Origin: Candidatus Eiseniibacteriota bacterium
GTDB lineage: Bacteria; Orphanbacterota; Orphanbacteria; Orphanbacterales; Orphanbacteraceae
Direction: 5' to 3'
NCBI GenBank assembly: GCA_043809585.1
Contig: JBDROZ010000115.1
Span: 1 to 55,621, forward strand
DNA length: 55,621 nucleotides
The translations under genes and the position numbers were made by a program. The notes under the pieces were generated by a model. That model was not told the origin of the DNA. It searched no databases and was given only the letters and a program-made list of their open reading frames with translations. Positions 18,578 through 28,031 of this stretch are shown in pieces. How positions within the stretch are numbered: the stretch's first letter is position 1; every line of letters begins with the position of its first letter.

Positions 18578-19159
18578 ATGACACGGGTAAGCACGATCGC
18601 GATGTTCGCTCTCCTTCTCGTCGCCGCCGGGTGCGGCAAGCGGCCGGAGCCGGTGCGGGTCTCGTCGGACGGGATCGATACGCCCCGACCCGGCGCCACA
18701 CCGATCGAGGTGATGGAGAACATCGCCCTCGCCCATGCTTCGCGGGACATCGATCTCTATCGCGAACAGTTCGACCCCCGGTTCGAGATCCGCTTCCCCT
18801 CCGAACAGGAATGCTGGAACGCGGGTTCGAAGAGCGACTTCGAGAAGGAGATGGAGAGCACGGGGGGGATCTTGGGCGCTTCCGGGTGGGTCGACTACTC
18901 CGTCTCCTGCGATCCGCCGCGCCCGTCGCATGTGGACGGCTATCCCGCGTCGGCCGGATTCCAGGAGGTCATGGTCCGGGACTTCCACGTTTCCTTTTGG
19001 ATCGCGGGAACCGAGGACACCTTCACCGTCACGGACGATTCGGCCCTGTACGTCTTCTCTCCGGATTCGTCGGCCGGCACGGGAAGATGGAAGATCATCT
19101 TCCAGCGGCTCTTTGTCGGGGGCGGGGATGCGTGCGCCGCCCCGCCGATCGAGGAGTAG
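18578..19159 (+). CDS. Hypothetical lipoprotein
   Basis: GGGAGG SD, lipobox VAAGC, possible NTF2/SnoaL-like pattern ending in WKII. Confidence 0.7.
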   Translation: MTRVSTIAMFALLLVAAGCGKRPEPVRVSSDGIDTPRPGATPIEVMENIALAHASRDIDLYREQFDPRFEIRFPSEQECWNAGSKSDFEKEMESTGGILGASGWVDYSVSCDPPRPSHVDGYPASAGFQEVMVRDFHVSFWIAGTEDTFTVTDDSALYVFSPDSSAGTGRWKIIFQRLFVGGGDACAAPPIEE

Positions 19160-19161
19160 CC

Positions 19162-20343
19162 TCACCGGCCCACGGATCCGACCACATCCTCGAAAACGCC
19201 GAGGAACGCCTCCAGATCCGCCCGTTCCACCGTGAGGGCCGGATCGATACGGAAGACGGGGAAGCCCGCCCGGCGGCCGACGAGGAACCCCCGGCGGGCG
19301 AGTTCCCGGTGCGCGGCGATCGTGAAGGTCGTCTCGGGGTCGTCCTCGAACTCGACGGCGATCATGAGGCCCCGGCCGCGGACCGCGCGTATTCGGCCGT
19401 TCCGTGAACGGACTTCCTCGAGATCCTTCATGAGAAGAGCGCCGAGCTCCGCCCCCCGCTCCACGAGCCCTTCCTCGTCGATCACCCGGAGGACCTCCCG
19501 GGCCACCGCCGCGCCCAAGGGATCGTTCTGGTGGGACTGAGCGTACTTCACGGGCGCGCCCTCGAGCCGCTCGATCACGCCGGGCGCGAAGGCGGAGACG
19601 CTGACCGGATATCCGTTCCCGATCCCTTTGCCGAGAGCGACGACGTCCGGGGTGATTCCGTAGTGACGGAACCCGAACCACTCGCCGGTCCGGCCGACGC
19701 CGGTGGTCACCTCGTTCACGAGAACGAGACCGCCTCCCTCGTGGACCCGATCGACGATTCCCCGGATCAGTTCCTCGGGCGGGAAGCGGACGAGACCCGA
19801 GGAGCTCCCCGGCTCGAAAAGAAATCCGCCGATCCGGTCGAAGGGGACGGCGCCGAACCGCCCGCACTCCCCGCCGCAAGGGCCGCCGCACTCCGGGCAG
19901 GCCAGCCAATCGTAGAGGAACCACTCGGTCTCGTCCTTACGGTTCGCCGAGCCGTAGGCGCCGAAGTAGGAGTCGGTCATGGTGAGAAGGAGCGGCTTCT
20001 CGAGGACCGACTGGGCGACCCGAACGCCGTACTCGACCGCCTCGCTCCCGGAGCAGAGGAAGACGCACCGCCCTCCATCGAAACCGAGGAGGGAGAGGAT
20101 CTCGCCCGCCGCCTCCTCGGTGAGGGCGCTCGAGTAGTTGAACCCGGAGTGGGCGACGCGGGCAGCCTGTTCGGCGAGAACCCGGACGATCCGCGGGTGG
20201 CCGTGGCCGATGGACGCGCACCAGACGCCCGACTCGAGGTCGACATAACGATTTCCGGCCCCGTCGAACAGGCGGCAGTTTTCGGCGCGAACGATTTCGG
20301 GGACGAGCACTTCGTGACCGGGGAGCCAGACGAGACGGGACAC
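19162..20343 (-). CDS. Class III PLP aminotransferase (acetylornithine aminotransferase-like)
   Basis: YVDLESG, IGHGHP, SGSEAVE, NEVTTGVGRTG, LGKGIGNGYP, VRGRGLM. GTG start with GAGGAGG SD. Confidence 0.9.
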   Translation of the reverse strand: MSRLVWLPGHEVLVPEIVRAENCRLFDGAGNRYVDLESGVWCASIGHGHPRIVRVLAEQAARVAHSGFNYSSALTEEAAGEILSLLGFDGGRCVFLCSGSEAVEYGVRVAQSVLEKPLLLTMTDSYFGAYGSANRKDETEWFLYDWLACPECGGPCGGECGRFGAVPFDRIGGFLFEPGSSSGLVRFPPEELIRGIVDRVHEGGGLVLVNEVTTGVGRTGEWFGFRHYGITPDVVALGKGIGNGYPVSVSAFAPGVIERLEGAPVKYAQSHQNDPLGAAVAREVLRVIDEEGLVERGAELGALLMKDLEEVRSRNGRIRAVRGRGLMIAVEFEDDPETTFTIAAHRELARRGFLVGRRAGFPVFRIDPALTVERADLEAFLGVFEDVVGSVGR

Positions 20344-20501
20344 GGCGCCTCCTCGGGGATAAGGATTCCATACCGAGAGTATCATCCCTGTCGAGATCCA
20401 ATCACGGGGCGATCCGGGCCGTCCAATTAGCCTTGATCTTTCACAAAGGTCAAGATCGTCTTCCGGACGGTGAGAGCCTTCCTTCGGAGCCGGTGCGGGC
20501 C

Positions 20502-20507
20502 TATAAT
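20502..20507 (+). promoter_or_regulatory. TATAAT -10 box, probable leaderless promoter
   Basis: Perfect TATAAT 6 nt before ATG 20514. Confidence 0.55.
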
Positions 20508-20513
20508 GAAGCC

Positions 20514-22448
20514 ATGAATCCGACTCACGAGACGAAGACGAGAGGCGCCCCCCTCGCGGTGCTCGCCGTCGCGCCCTGGATCGGCCTCGCCCTGGCGGTA
20601 GCGGAGTCGGCGGTCGATTTCGCTCGGGGCAACGGTAACGGCGTCCTCGCCGTCCTTCCCGGAGCCCTGCTTCTCTACGCCCTTTTCTGGCTTCTCTTCG
20701 GCGCCCTGCTCGCCGCTCTTCTCCTCGGAGCCGGCAGGTGGATGGGGAACAAGGAAAGGACCGCCCGGATGGGCATCGCGGCCCTCGCCGGCCTGGCCCT
20801 TTCCCTCACCCTGTATGCGGTGATCGCCCCTTACGCCCGCGTCGACCGGGGACGACCCTGGTCCACGATCGCGTTCGGCGCGGCCCTCCTGCTCGTGGTC
20901 CCGCTGGCCTCGATCGTGTACCTCCTGATCCGGCGCGCCCTCCTCCCCCGCCCGGGACGATCACTCGCTCTTCTTCTCGTGGTTCTCCTCGTCTCGCTCC
21001 CCGTCCCGCATCTCTCCGATCGGACGAATGTCGCCCGACCCGTCCCGGTGGCCTCCGCTACGGGCCGGGCGAACATCCTGCTCGTCGTCTTCGATACACT
21101 TCGGTTCGATCACACGGGCCCCGGAGGGTATTACCGGGAGACGACCCCGAACCTCGACCGCCTCGCGGCGAATGGCGTTGTCTTTGAACGGGCTTACGCT
21201 CCCTCTTCCTGGACACTCCCCTCCACGGCTTCGATTCTCACTTCGCGGTATCCGTCGGGCCACGGCGCGAAGACGAAATCCAGCGCGCTCAATCCCGAGA
21301 TCGAGTCGCTCCCGGATCTGTTCCGGAAGCACGGATACCGGACCGGGCTGTTCTCGGGAAACCCGACGGTGAGTCCCGCCTTCGGCTTCGGCCCCGGATT
21401 CTCCCGCGTCCGCACACCGCCGACGGCGTTGATCCCGGACCTGTACCTCCTCCCCTTCTACATGAAACAGACCGTCGGCCGCGTCCCCGGCCTCGCCGCG
21501 ACCCCCCTGTTCGTCCGCGCCTATGAACTCCTGTGGCGCCCCGAACTCCGAAGAGACTGGATTCGCGGGGGCGAGCTCGCGGAGGCCTTCCTCCGCTGGG
21601 TCGACGAAGAACCCGGCGACCCGTTCTTCGCCCATATCCAGATCATGGAGCCCCACGACCCGTACGAAGGGACCGGCGTATTCGGCGCCGAGGGAGAGTC
21701 GCGCCTCCCCTTCCCCGGAATCCGCGGGATCCATCCGTTTTCACGGCATCCCCGCGTTCCCGAGAACGACCGCATTCTCATGGTCGACCGTTACGACGAC
21801 GACATTCTCGCCGCCGACCGGGTCATGGAGAGCATCGTGGGGGGCCTCCGGGACCGCCGGCTCCTCGGCGAGACGTGGGTGGTCCTCACGGCCGATCACG
21901 GCGAGGAATTCGGAGAACACGACGGATGGGGGCACGGGAGATCGGTCTTCGAAGAAGTGATCCGGGTCCCTCTGGTCATCGTCGGGGAGGGGATTGCGCC
22001 CCGGCGGATCTCCTCGTTCGCGAGACTCGTGGACATCGGGCCGACCGTCACCGAGCTCGCCGAAATCGAGACTCCCGGCCCCTTCGTCGGCCGGAGCCTC
22101 GTGCCCGTCCTCATGGGAGAGACGGACGAGACGTCCGTGACCGAGTCCTTCTCCGAAATCTGGGTGGGGACCGAAGCCAGGGCCTTCGCCCTGCTCACCC
22201 CGAACGGGGCGAAGCTCATCGAAGCGTTCTCGGGGACGGGCGATCGGGTCGTGAGCCTCTTCGACGTCGGCGGGGACCCCTCGGAGCGGGTGGACTTGTT
22301 CGGCCACGGGCCGGCCACCGACTCGCTCCTCGCCCGGCTCCATCGGGCCATTCAGGAAGCGGGCCGGAACGCCTCCGAAAGCCGCGCGCCGAGCCTCGAC
22401 CCGATCACCCGGCGGCGCCTGGAGGCTCTCGGCTACCTCGACGACTAG
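20514..22448 (+). CDS. Membrane-anchored sulfatase-like (alkaline phosphatase superfamily) protein
   Basis: About five N-terminal TM helices, DTLRFD, WTLPSTAS, EPHDPY, TADHGEEF, C-terminal LEALGY. Confidence 0.9.
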   Translation: MNPTHETKTRGAPLAVLAVAPWIGLALAVAESAVDFARGNGNGVLAVLPGALLLYALFWLLFGALLAALLLGAGRWMGNKERTARMGIAALAGLALSLTLYAVIAPYARVDRGRPWSTIAFGAALLLVVPLASIVYLLIRRALLPRPGRSLALLLVVLLVSLPVPHLSDRTNVARPVPVASATGRANILLVVFDTLRFDHTGPGGYYRETTPNLDRLAANGVVFERAYAPSSWTLPSTASILTSRYPSGHGAKTKSSALNPEIESLPDLFRKHGYRTGLFSGNPTVSPAFGFGPGFSRVRTPPTALIPDLYLLPFYMKQTVGRVPGLAATPLFVRAYELLWRPELRRDWIRGGELAEAFLRWVDEEPGDPFFAHIQIMEPHDPYEGTGVFGAEGESRLPFPGIRGIHPFSRHPRVPENDRILMVDRYDDDILAADRVMESIVGGLRDRRLLGETWVVLTADHGEEFGEHDGWGHGRSVFEEVIRVPLVIVGEGIAPRRISSFARLVDIGPTVTELAEIETPGPFVGRSLVPVLMGETDETSVTESFSEIWVGTEARAFALLTPNGAKLIEAFSGTGDRVVSLFDVGGDPSERVDLFGHGPATDSLLARLHRAIQEAGRNASESRAPSLDPITRRRLEALGYLDD

Positions 22449-22573
22449 CCTTAACCTGGATTATGCACAAAACTGCGTGCTTGATTCTTGTGTCGGACGT
22501 CCGTGGAGTTCCGGATCGCCGCCACCTTGGATCCGGAGGAGGCCCTCCCGGCGTTGTCGTAATCATAAGACCA

Positions 22574-22609
22574 GAAAAGGCCCCTCCGACGGCATTCGTC
22601 GAAGGGGCC
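22574..22609 (-). terminator. Intrinsic terminator downstream of the PPIase gene
   Basis: Minus strand GGCCCCTTCGACG-AATGC-CGTCGGAGGGGCC-TTTTC. Confidence 0.7.
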
Positions 22610-22639
22610 CCTCGTTCTTCGGGCGATGTCTCTCGCGGG

Positions 22640-23668
22640 CTACCCGGCGTCGGTCGGCGGCTCGGCGTAGACGATATCCGCCTTTTCCTGGAGCGTCGAG
22701 ATGTACTCGTCGATCAGGGCCCGGCGGTTCTGGCGGAGGAGCTCCTCTTCGATTTGCCCCTTCACCTCTTCGAAGGGAACGGCCTGGGCGTTCTTCCGAT
22801 CCGTCACCTTGATCACGTGATAGCCGAACTGGGTCTCCACCACATCGCTCACCTGCCCGATCTGGAGAGCGAACGCCGCCTCCTCGAAGGGCCCGACCAT
22901 CCGGCCCCGGCCGAACCAGCCGAGATCCCCGCCGCTCGCGGCGCTCGGGCATCCGGAGTGCTCCGTCGCCATCGCGGCGAAATCGGCCCCGCCCATCACG
23001 TCGTCGTGAATCTTCCCGATCCGCGCGCGCTTTTCCGACTTCGTCGCGTCGTCGTCCCCTTCCTCGAACAGAAGGAGGATGTGGCTCGCCCGAACCTGCT
23101 CCTCCTGGCGGAACTGGTCCGGGTTCTCCTCGTAGAACGCGGCCACTTCCTCCGCCGCCGGGGCGTTCGCCGCGTCGGCGTATCCGTTCAGGAGCTTCTC
23201 GATGCGCATGTCGTTCCGCGCTTCCGAGAGGAACTCGTCCTCCGTGAGCCCGAGCCTCGTCAGGTAGTCCCGGTACGCCTGCTCGTCGCCGAGCCGTCCC
23301 CGGAAGGTCTGGAGAATGCCGTTCAGCTCGTCGTCGCTGATCTCGACCCCCTGGGCGTTCGCCGCCTCGGTGAGCAGGATCTTGTTCACCAGGTTGTCCC
23401 GGGCCTGTTGGGTGAGGGCGTCCTTCATCTGCTCCACCTGGGAGGGCGGCGCCTGGCCGCCGAACTGGCGGAAGAGGCGTGCCACCTCGTCCTCGAGAGC
23501 GCCCCCGGTGATTGGTTGCCCGTTCACGGTGACCACCGCCGCGCCGAGATCGCCCGTCCGGACCTCCCCCCCCTCCGACGTCTCGCCGCCTCCCTTGCCG
23601 CCGCACCCGAAGAGGGCGAGGGCCAGGACGAGCAGGCAGGAGGGGATCCGCGCTTGTTTTCTGGACAT
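22640..23668 (-). CDS. Parvulin-type peptidyl-prolyl isomerase lipoprotein (PrsA/SurA-like)
   Basis: Lipobox LFGC, VRASHIL, GGDLGWF.RG.MV.PFE, VETQFGYHVIK. Confidence 0.93.
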   Translation of the reverse strand: MSRKQARIPSCLLVLALALFGCGGKGGGETSEGGEVRTGDLGAAVVTVNGQPITGGALEDEVARLFRQFGGQAPPSQVEQMKDALTQQARDNLVNKILLTEAANAQGVEISDDELNGILQTFRGRLGDEQAYRDYLTRLGLTEDEFLSEARNDMRIEKLLNGYADAANAPAAEEVAAFYEENPDQFRQEEQVRASHILLLFEEGDDDATKSEKRARIGKIHDDVMGGADFAAMATEHSGCPSAASGGDLGWFGRGRMVGPFEEAAFALQIGQVSDVVETQFGYHVIKVTDRKNAQAVPFEEVKGQIEEELLRQNRRALIDEYISTLQEKADIVYAEPPTDAG

Positions 23669-23760
23669 GATCGCTTCCTTTCAATAGAAGAACGGCCGCC
23701 TCGGAGACGGCCGCGCGCCGAAATGCGCCGTTCTCGGTGAACCCCGAAGTTCGACCCTCA

Positions 23761-23789
23761 AGGCTAGACTCGCGGCCGCGACAAGTCAA
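23761..23789 (-). promoter_or_regulatory. Sigma70-like promoter TTGACT-N17-TAGCCT for the PPIase gene
   Basis: Consensus-like hexamers with a 17-nt spacer. Confidence 0.55.
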
Positions 23790-23799
23790 GGGCGGCCGA

Positions 23800-24753
23800 T
23801 CAGGGGCACTCCTCCCGGACCGGGTCGACGTGGACCATCACGTTGCAAGGGGAGTCGAGGGCCCGGCAGACCTCCCCCTCGATCCGGTGGGCGAGCCGGT
23901 CGGCGTCGGCCACGGTCATGTCCGGACTGACCACGACGTGAAGGTCCACGAAGATCTTCCGCCCCACCCGGCGCGCCCGGAGAGCGTGCCACCCCATGAT
24001 CATGAGCTCCCCCTCGAGCACCCGCTGGATCTCCAGGTCCACGTCGCCCCCCGCCGAGCCCTCCACCAGCTCGCCGAGGGCCTCCCGCCCGAATCTGATT
24101 CCGGTCAGGGCGACCATGAGGCCCACCACGATCCCCGCCACCTGGTCGGCGTGCCCCTGCCCGGCCACGGAGAAGAGACCGCCGAGGAGAACCACGACCG
24201 ACGAGAGGGAATCGGTGCGGTGGTGCCAGGCGTTGGCCATGAGCGCCCGGCTCCGGGTTCGTTTCGCGATCGTCGCGGTCGCCCGGTAGAGCCACTCCTT
24301 CGACACGACCGAAACGGCGGCGACGATCAGGACGATCCCCCCGGGGAAGCCCTCTTCCCCCCGGCGGAGGGCGGCGAGGGCGGTCCAGCCGATTTCGGCC
24401 CCGGCGACGATGACGGCGAGGGCGACCACGACGGCACCGAGGGTCTCGTACTTGCCGTGGCCCCACGGGTGGTCCTCGTCGGCGGGACGGACTCCGAGGC
24501 GGGTGGCGACGACCACCACCAGATCGGTGGCGAGGTCGGAGAGGGAATGAACGCCGTCCGCCACGAGGGCGATGGAACCGGCCGCCGCTCCCACCGCGAG
24601 CTTCGCGAGGCTGAGAACGACGTTGATCGCCGCCCCGACCCAGGTGATGCGCCGGATCACCCGTGATTCGCCGAGAAGAAGCTCGTGCTCCAAATCGCCG
24701 GGAACCGGGTCCTTTCTCCCGTCCCCGATCGGGTTCCTCCCCTCCGGGGTCAT
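23800..24753 (-). CDS. Cation diffusion facilitator transporter (FieF-like)
   Basis: ALVADGVHSLSD, HPWGHGKYE, ANAWHHRTD, VHVDP. ATG overlaps the sulfatase stop. Confidence 0.92.
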   Translation of the reverse strand: MTPEGRNPIGDGRKDPVPGDLEHELLLGESRVIRRITWVGAAINVVLSLAKLAVGAAAGSIALVADGVHSLSDLATDLVVVVATRLGVRPADEDHPWGHGKYETLGAVVVALAVIVAGAEIGWTALAALRRGEEGFPGGIVLIVAAVSVVSKEWLYRATATIAKRTRSRALMANAWHHRTDSLSSVVVLLGGLFSVAGQGHADQVAGIVVGLMVALTGIRFGREALGELVEGSAGGDVDLEIQRVLEGELMIMGWHALRARRVGRKIFVDLHVVVSPDMTVADADRLAHRIEGEVCRALDSPCNVMVHVDPVREECP

Positions 24754-26150
24754 GGGGCGCGGGGGACGGTCTGGATGTAGCCGAGCGCTTCCAGCCGTTC
24801 CCGCTCCTCCGCCGAGAGAGCCGCATCCGGCGCCGCGCCGTGGGACGCGGCGATCGCCTCCGCCCGCGCGATGTACTCCTCCACCTTCGCCCGGAAATCG
24901 GGGAGTTCGGCGGCGAGGCTGTCCGAGAGATCCTGTCTCTCCGCCGGGTCCCCGAGGACGTCGTAGAGCCTCTCTCCCCCCTTCATGGGAAGGCGGATGT
25001 ATTTCCGTCCGCCCTTCCTGAGGGCGAAGGAGTCGAAGGTCTTGGTCCCGGCGAACCCGCCGCCGATCACGTAGCCGTAGTAGGTCAGGTAGAGCTCGTA
25101 AAAGAGCTCCCGGGGGGCGTCCTCCGCCGGCGCGAGGAGAGACCGCCCGGCAACCCCCTCGGGCGGGCGGACGCCGCACAGGCCGAGGACCGTCGGCGCC
25201 ACGTCGATGAGGGAGGCGACCCGCCCGTCCACCGCCGGTTCGAAGAGGCCGGGGGGCTTGAAGAGGAGGGGGACGTGGAGCGTCTCCACGTGAAGGTTGT
25301 GTTTGTGCCCCTTCGCCCCGTGCTCGAAGAACTCCTCTCCGTGGTCGGCGGTGACGAGGATCGCCGTGTTCTCCCAAAGCCCCTCCTCTCGGAGGACGCC
25401 GAAGAGGCGGCCGAACATCTCGTCGGTGGAACGGATCTCTCCGTCGTACTGGGAGACCAAGTAGCGGAAGCGCTCCGGGCTCATGTCCGGACGGATCTCG
25501 TTGTTCGACTCGAACCCCGTACCGTCGAAGGGCTCCATGTCCGCCGTGACGAACATCGTGTCGTAGGGCGGCGGCGGGATGAAGTCGTAGTGGACGTCCC
25601 AGAAGTAGGCGAAGAGAAAGAAGGGCTCCTCCGGGCGGGAGCGGAGGAACGCGGTCACCGCCCGCTCCATGGAAGGGTTCGTCACGTCCCCGTGGGCGGT
25701 CTCCTGGGTGACCGCCGACGGCCCGTCGTCGTAGAGGGCGAATCCCTGATTCAGATTGTAGGGGGTCCTGAGAAACGGGCCGCTGACGAAGGCGGCCGTG
25801 TGGTACCCCTCCTCCGCGAGGGTCTCGGCCAGGGTAGCGTAAGAGTCGCTCAGCTTGTGGTGGGGCTCCGTCACCTGGACGGCGCTCGGGTACATGCCGG
25901 TCAGGAGGGCGGCGTGGGAAGGGAGGGTCCAGCTCGTCACGGAATAAGCCCGATCGAAACGGATCGACTCCGCCGCGAACCGGTCGAGATGGGGGGAGGT
26001 GGGGAGGTCGTAGCCGTAGCAGCCGAGATGATCGGCCCGGAGGGACTCGATCGTGACCACCACCACGTTCGGGCGGGACCCTCCCCCGCCGCATCCGGCC
26101 GAGATCAGGGCCGCGGCGGCCATCCACGCTCCGATCTTCCCGATCCTCAT
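24750..26150 (-). CDS. Sulfatase-like lipoprotein
   Basis: Lipobox ISAGC, ESLRADHLG, WTLPSHAAL, TADHGEEF, C-terminal LEALGY. Confidence 0.9.
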   Translation of the reverse strand: MRIGKIGAWMAAAALISAGCGGGGSRPNVVVVTIESLRADHLGCYGYDLPTSPHLDRFAAESIRFDRAYSVTSWTLPSHAALLTGMYPSAVQVTEPHHKLSDSYATLAETLAEEGYHTAAFVSGPFLRTPYNLNQGFALYDDGPSAVTQETAHGDVTNPSMERAVTAFLRSRPEEPFFLFAYFWDVHYDFIPPPPYDTMFVTADMEPFDGTGFESNNEIRPDMSPERFRYLVSQYDGEIRSTDEMFGRLFGVLREEGLWENTAILVTADHGEEFFEHGAKGHKHNLHVETLHVPLLFKPPGLFEPAVDGRVASLIDVAPTVLGLCGVRPPEGVAGRSLLAPAEDAPRELFYELYLTYYGYVIGGGFAGTKTFDSFALRKGGRKYIRLPMKGGERLYDVLGDPAERQDLSDSLAAELPDFRAKVEEYIARAEAIAASHGAAPDAALSAEERERLEALGYIQTVPRAP

Positions 26151-26211
26151 CGCTCTCCTCCCGGTCCGCCCCGAGCGCGGCGGATGGGGAACGCCGGCGC
26201 CGCGGCGGGGG

Positions 26212-26547
26212 CTATACGACAACCTGTCCGAGGGGGACCTCCGATTCCACGGTCACGTAGACCGCCCGGCCCTCGGCGTTTTCGGCGCCGAGGATGAACA
26301 GCTCCGACGTCTCGGGGCCCATCTTCTTCGGCGGGAAGTTCAGCACCGCCACGACGAGCCTGCCCATCAACGCTTCCTTCGGGTAGTCGGCGTAGCCCGC
26401 GATGGAGGTTCGGGTCCCGATCTCCTCGCCGAAGTCGACCGTCACCCGGTAGAGGGGCTTCCGCGTATTCGCGTCCTCCACCCCGACCACGCGGCCCACC
26501 CTCATGTCGAGGTCGAGAAACCGGGAAAAATCGACTGGCTCTTTCAT
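26212..26547 (-). CDS. csaA: CsaA-like tRNA-binding OB-fold protein
   Basis: LDMRVG, VDFG.EIG.RTS, VLNFPPKKMG..SE.FILG; 111 aa. Confidence 0.85.
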   Translation of the reverse strand: MKEPVDFSRFLDLDMRVGRVVGVEDANTRKPLYRVTVDFGEEIGTRTSIAGYADYPKEALMGRLVVAVLNFPPKKMGPETSELFILGAENAEGRAVYVTVESEVPLGQVVV

Positions 26548-26586
26548 CGCGCTCCTCCGCGGCCTCCGGCGGGACGCCGGTACCGA

Positions 26587-26822
26587 TCAATCATCCTCCA
26601 TCTCCCCCGGGAGTTCGTCATCGTATACGTAACCGAGGGAGCGGAGCAATTCGAGATGTTCCGATGAGGGGGACCTTCAGGAGGGCCTGATAGAGAGAGC
26701 ATTGATGCCCCATAATGTGCTTCTGCTCGAGGTGCTCGCCGTGATCGGCGGTCAGGATCACCGCCGCAGGTGAGGGAGGCCGCGGCGGCGAGCGCGACGG
26801 CGATGAAGGAGTGCTTTCTCAA
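26587..26822 (-). pseudogene. Internally deleted sulfatase-like gene in three fragments and three frames
   Basis: Lipoprotein signal (..AAAASLTCG, 26822-26763), VILTADHGEHLEQKHIMGHQCSLYQALLKVPLI (26761-26663), and EHLELLRSLGYVYDDELPGEMEDD* (26661-26587). Confidence 0.85.
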
Positions 26823-26888
26823 AAGCGATCCTCGGCGTTAGGAAGTGAGTGGCGTCCGGCACGGGCCGATTCTACGGGGGGCGGCATG

Positions 26889-27214
26889 CTCATTGCAAAG
26901 GCCTAGTTTCCTCGGACTCCTCGACTGCACCTTGGAGCAGCCGTGCTCGGTCCCCTTTCGGTACCAGATTCTCCCGGAGCGAAGCGAAGGGGTATCTGGT
27001 TCCGAAAGGCCGGAGGACGGCGGGGCGGGGGAGCGGCTCCGGGAGGGATGGGGGCATAACCGGGGAGTTGTTGCCGTCTTCCACGACGCCTCCTCTACGA
27101 GCCCGGAGAAAGGGAGGGTTACCTCCCGCCGTGCGACGAGCGTTCAAGTCTGCCCCACTATCCCTCCCGGAGCCGCCCCCCCGCCCCGCCAGGGGCTTCG
27201 CTCTCACTCCAAAG
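26889..27214 (+). repeat. Composite intergenic element, copy 3
   Basis: Starts CTCATTGCAAAG..CTCGGACTCCTCGACTGCACC, has hairpin 26954-27009 and a 31-bp-arm hairpin 27019-27190, and ends CTCACTCCAAAG. Confidence 0.85.
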
Positions 27215-27331
27215 CTGATGAGCCCAGATAGGTACTACACCAAGAATGTGTTCCAATTCCCCTCCGTTCCGGTATTCTTGGGGATAGAAGATAACCAACG
27301 GCCCATGGCTCTTCTTCCGGAGGATTCGGTC

Positions 27332-27976
27332 ATGACCCGCATCGGACTGTTCGCTTTTCTCTCCGCCGTTCTCGTCTCTCTCGGTGCCCCGCAGGGCGCC
27401 CGCGCCATCATCGACACGGGCCTCTCGGTCGGCATGAACTTCGCCTCCCTCGATGACGTGGATGTGAAGGACACGAAGACCACCTACGACAACAAGACGG
27501 GGTGGCACTTCGGCGTCTTCGCCAAGACCGCCCTCGGCCCCCTCGGCCTCCGGGCGGGCGCCGTCTACCTCGACGCCGGCCCCCTCTTCGAAGGCCTCTC
27601 CGACAATCTCGAGGGCGTCACCCTGAAGGACGACTTCGACGTCCGCTTCTTCGTCGTCCCCATCGACCTCCAGTACCGGCTCGTCACGCCGGTCGTGAAG
27701 CCCTACCTGCTCGCCGGGCCCGAGATCCGTTTCAACGTCACCTCCTCCGACGACTTCGAGGGGAATTTCAAGGACACCCAGTGGGCGGCCAACGTCGGCG
27801 TGGGGATCGAGTTCACCCTGCCGATCGTGGGCGTCGGCGTGACCCCCGAGTTCCGGTACTCCTTCGCTCTGACCGACCTGACCGAGGACTCGATCGAGAT
27901 CGGCGGGGTTTCCTACGACCTGTCGGACGCCTTCAAAGTGGGGAGCTACCACCTCCGGGTCCACGTCTCTTTCTAG
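27332..27976 (+). CDS. Outer-membrane beta-barrel protein (OmpA-like/PorT porin family)
   Basis: Signal peptide, about 8 amphipathic strands, VPIDLQY..KPYLLAGP, terminal Phe. Confidence 0.8.
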   Translation: MTRIGLFAFLSAVLVSLGAPQGARAIIDTGLSVGMNFASLDDVDVKDTKTTYDNKTGWHFGVFAKTALGPLGLRAGAVYLDAGPLFEGLSDNLEGVTLKDDFDVRFFVVPIDLQYRLVTPVVKPYLLAGPEIRFNVTSSDDFEGNFKDTQWAANVGVGIEFTLPIVGVGVTPEFRYSFALTDLTEDSIEIGGVSYDLSDAFKVGSYHLRVHVSF

Positions 27977-28031
27977 AGGGGGCCTGATCCGTGGAAGGGG
28001 GGCGTGGCCCCGAACCGTCGACCCGCGCCCC

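Noticed and set aside
23761-23766. CTAGCCTTGA as another MITE end
   Set aside because: It is better explained as the -10 box of a TTGACT-N17-TAGCCT promoter, and similarity stops after 10 nt.
26544-26822. 92-aa lipoprotein CDS
   Set aside because: It is explained by out-of-frame fragments of a deleted sulfatase-like gene.
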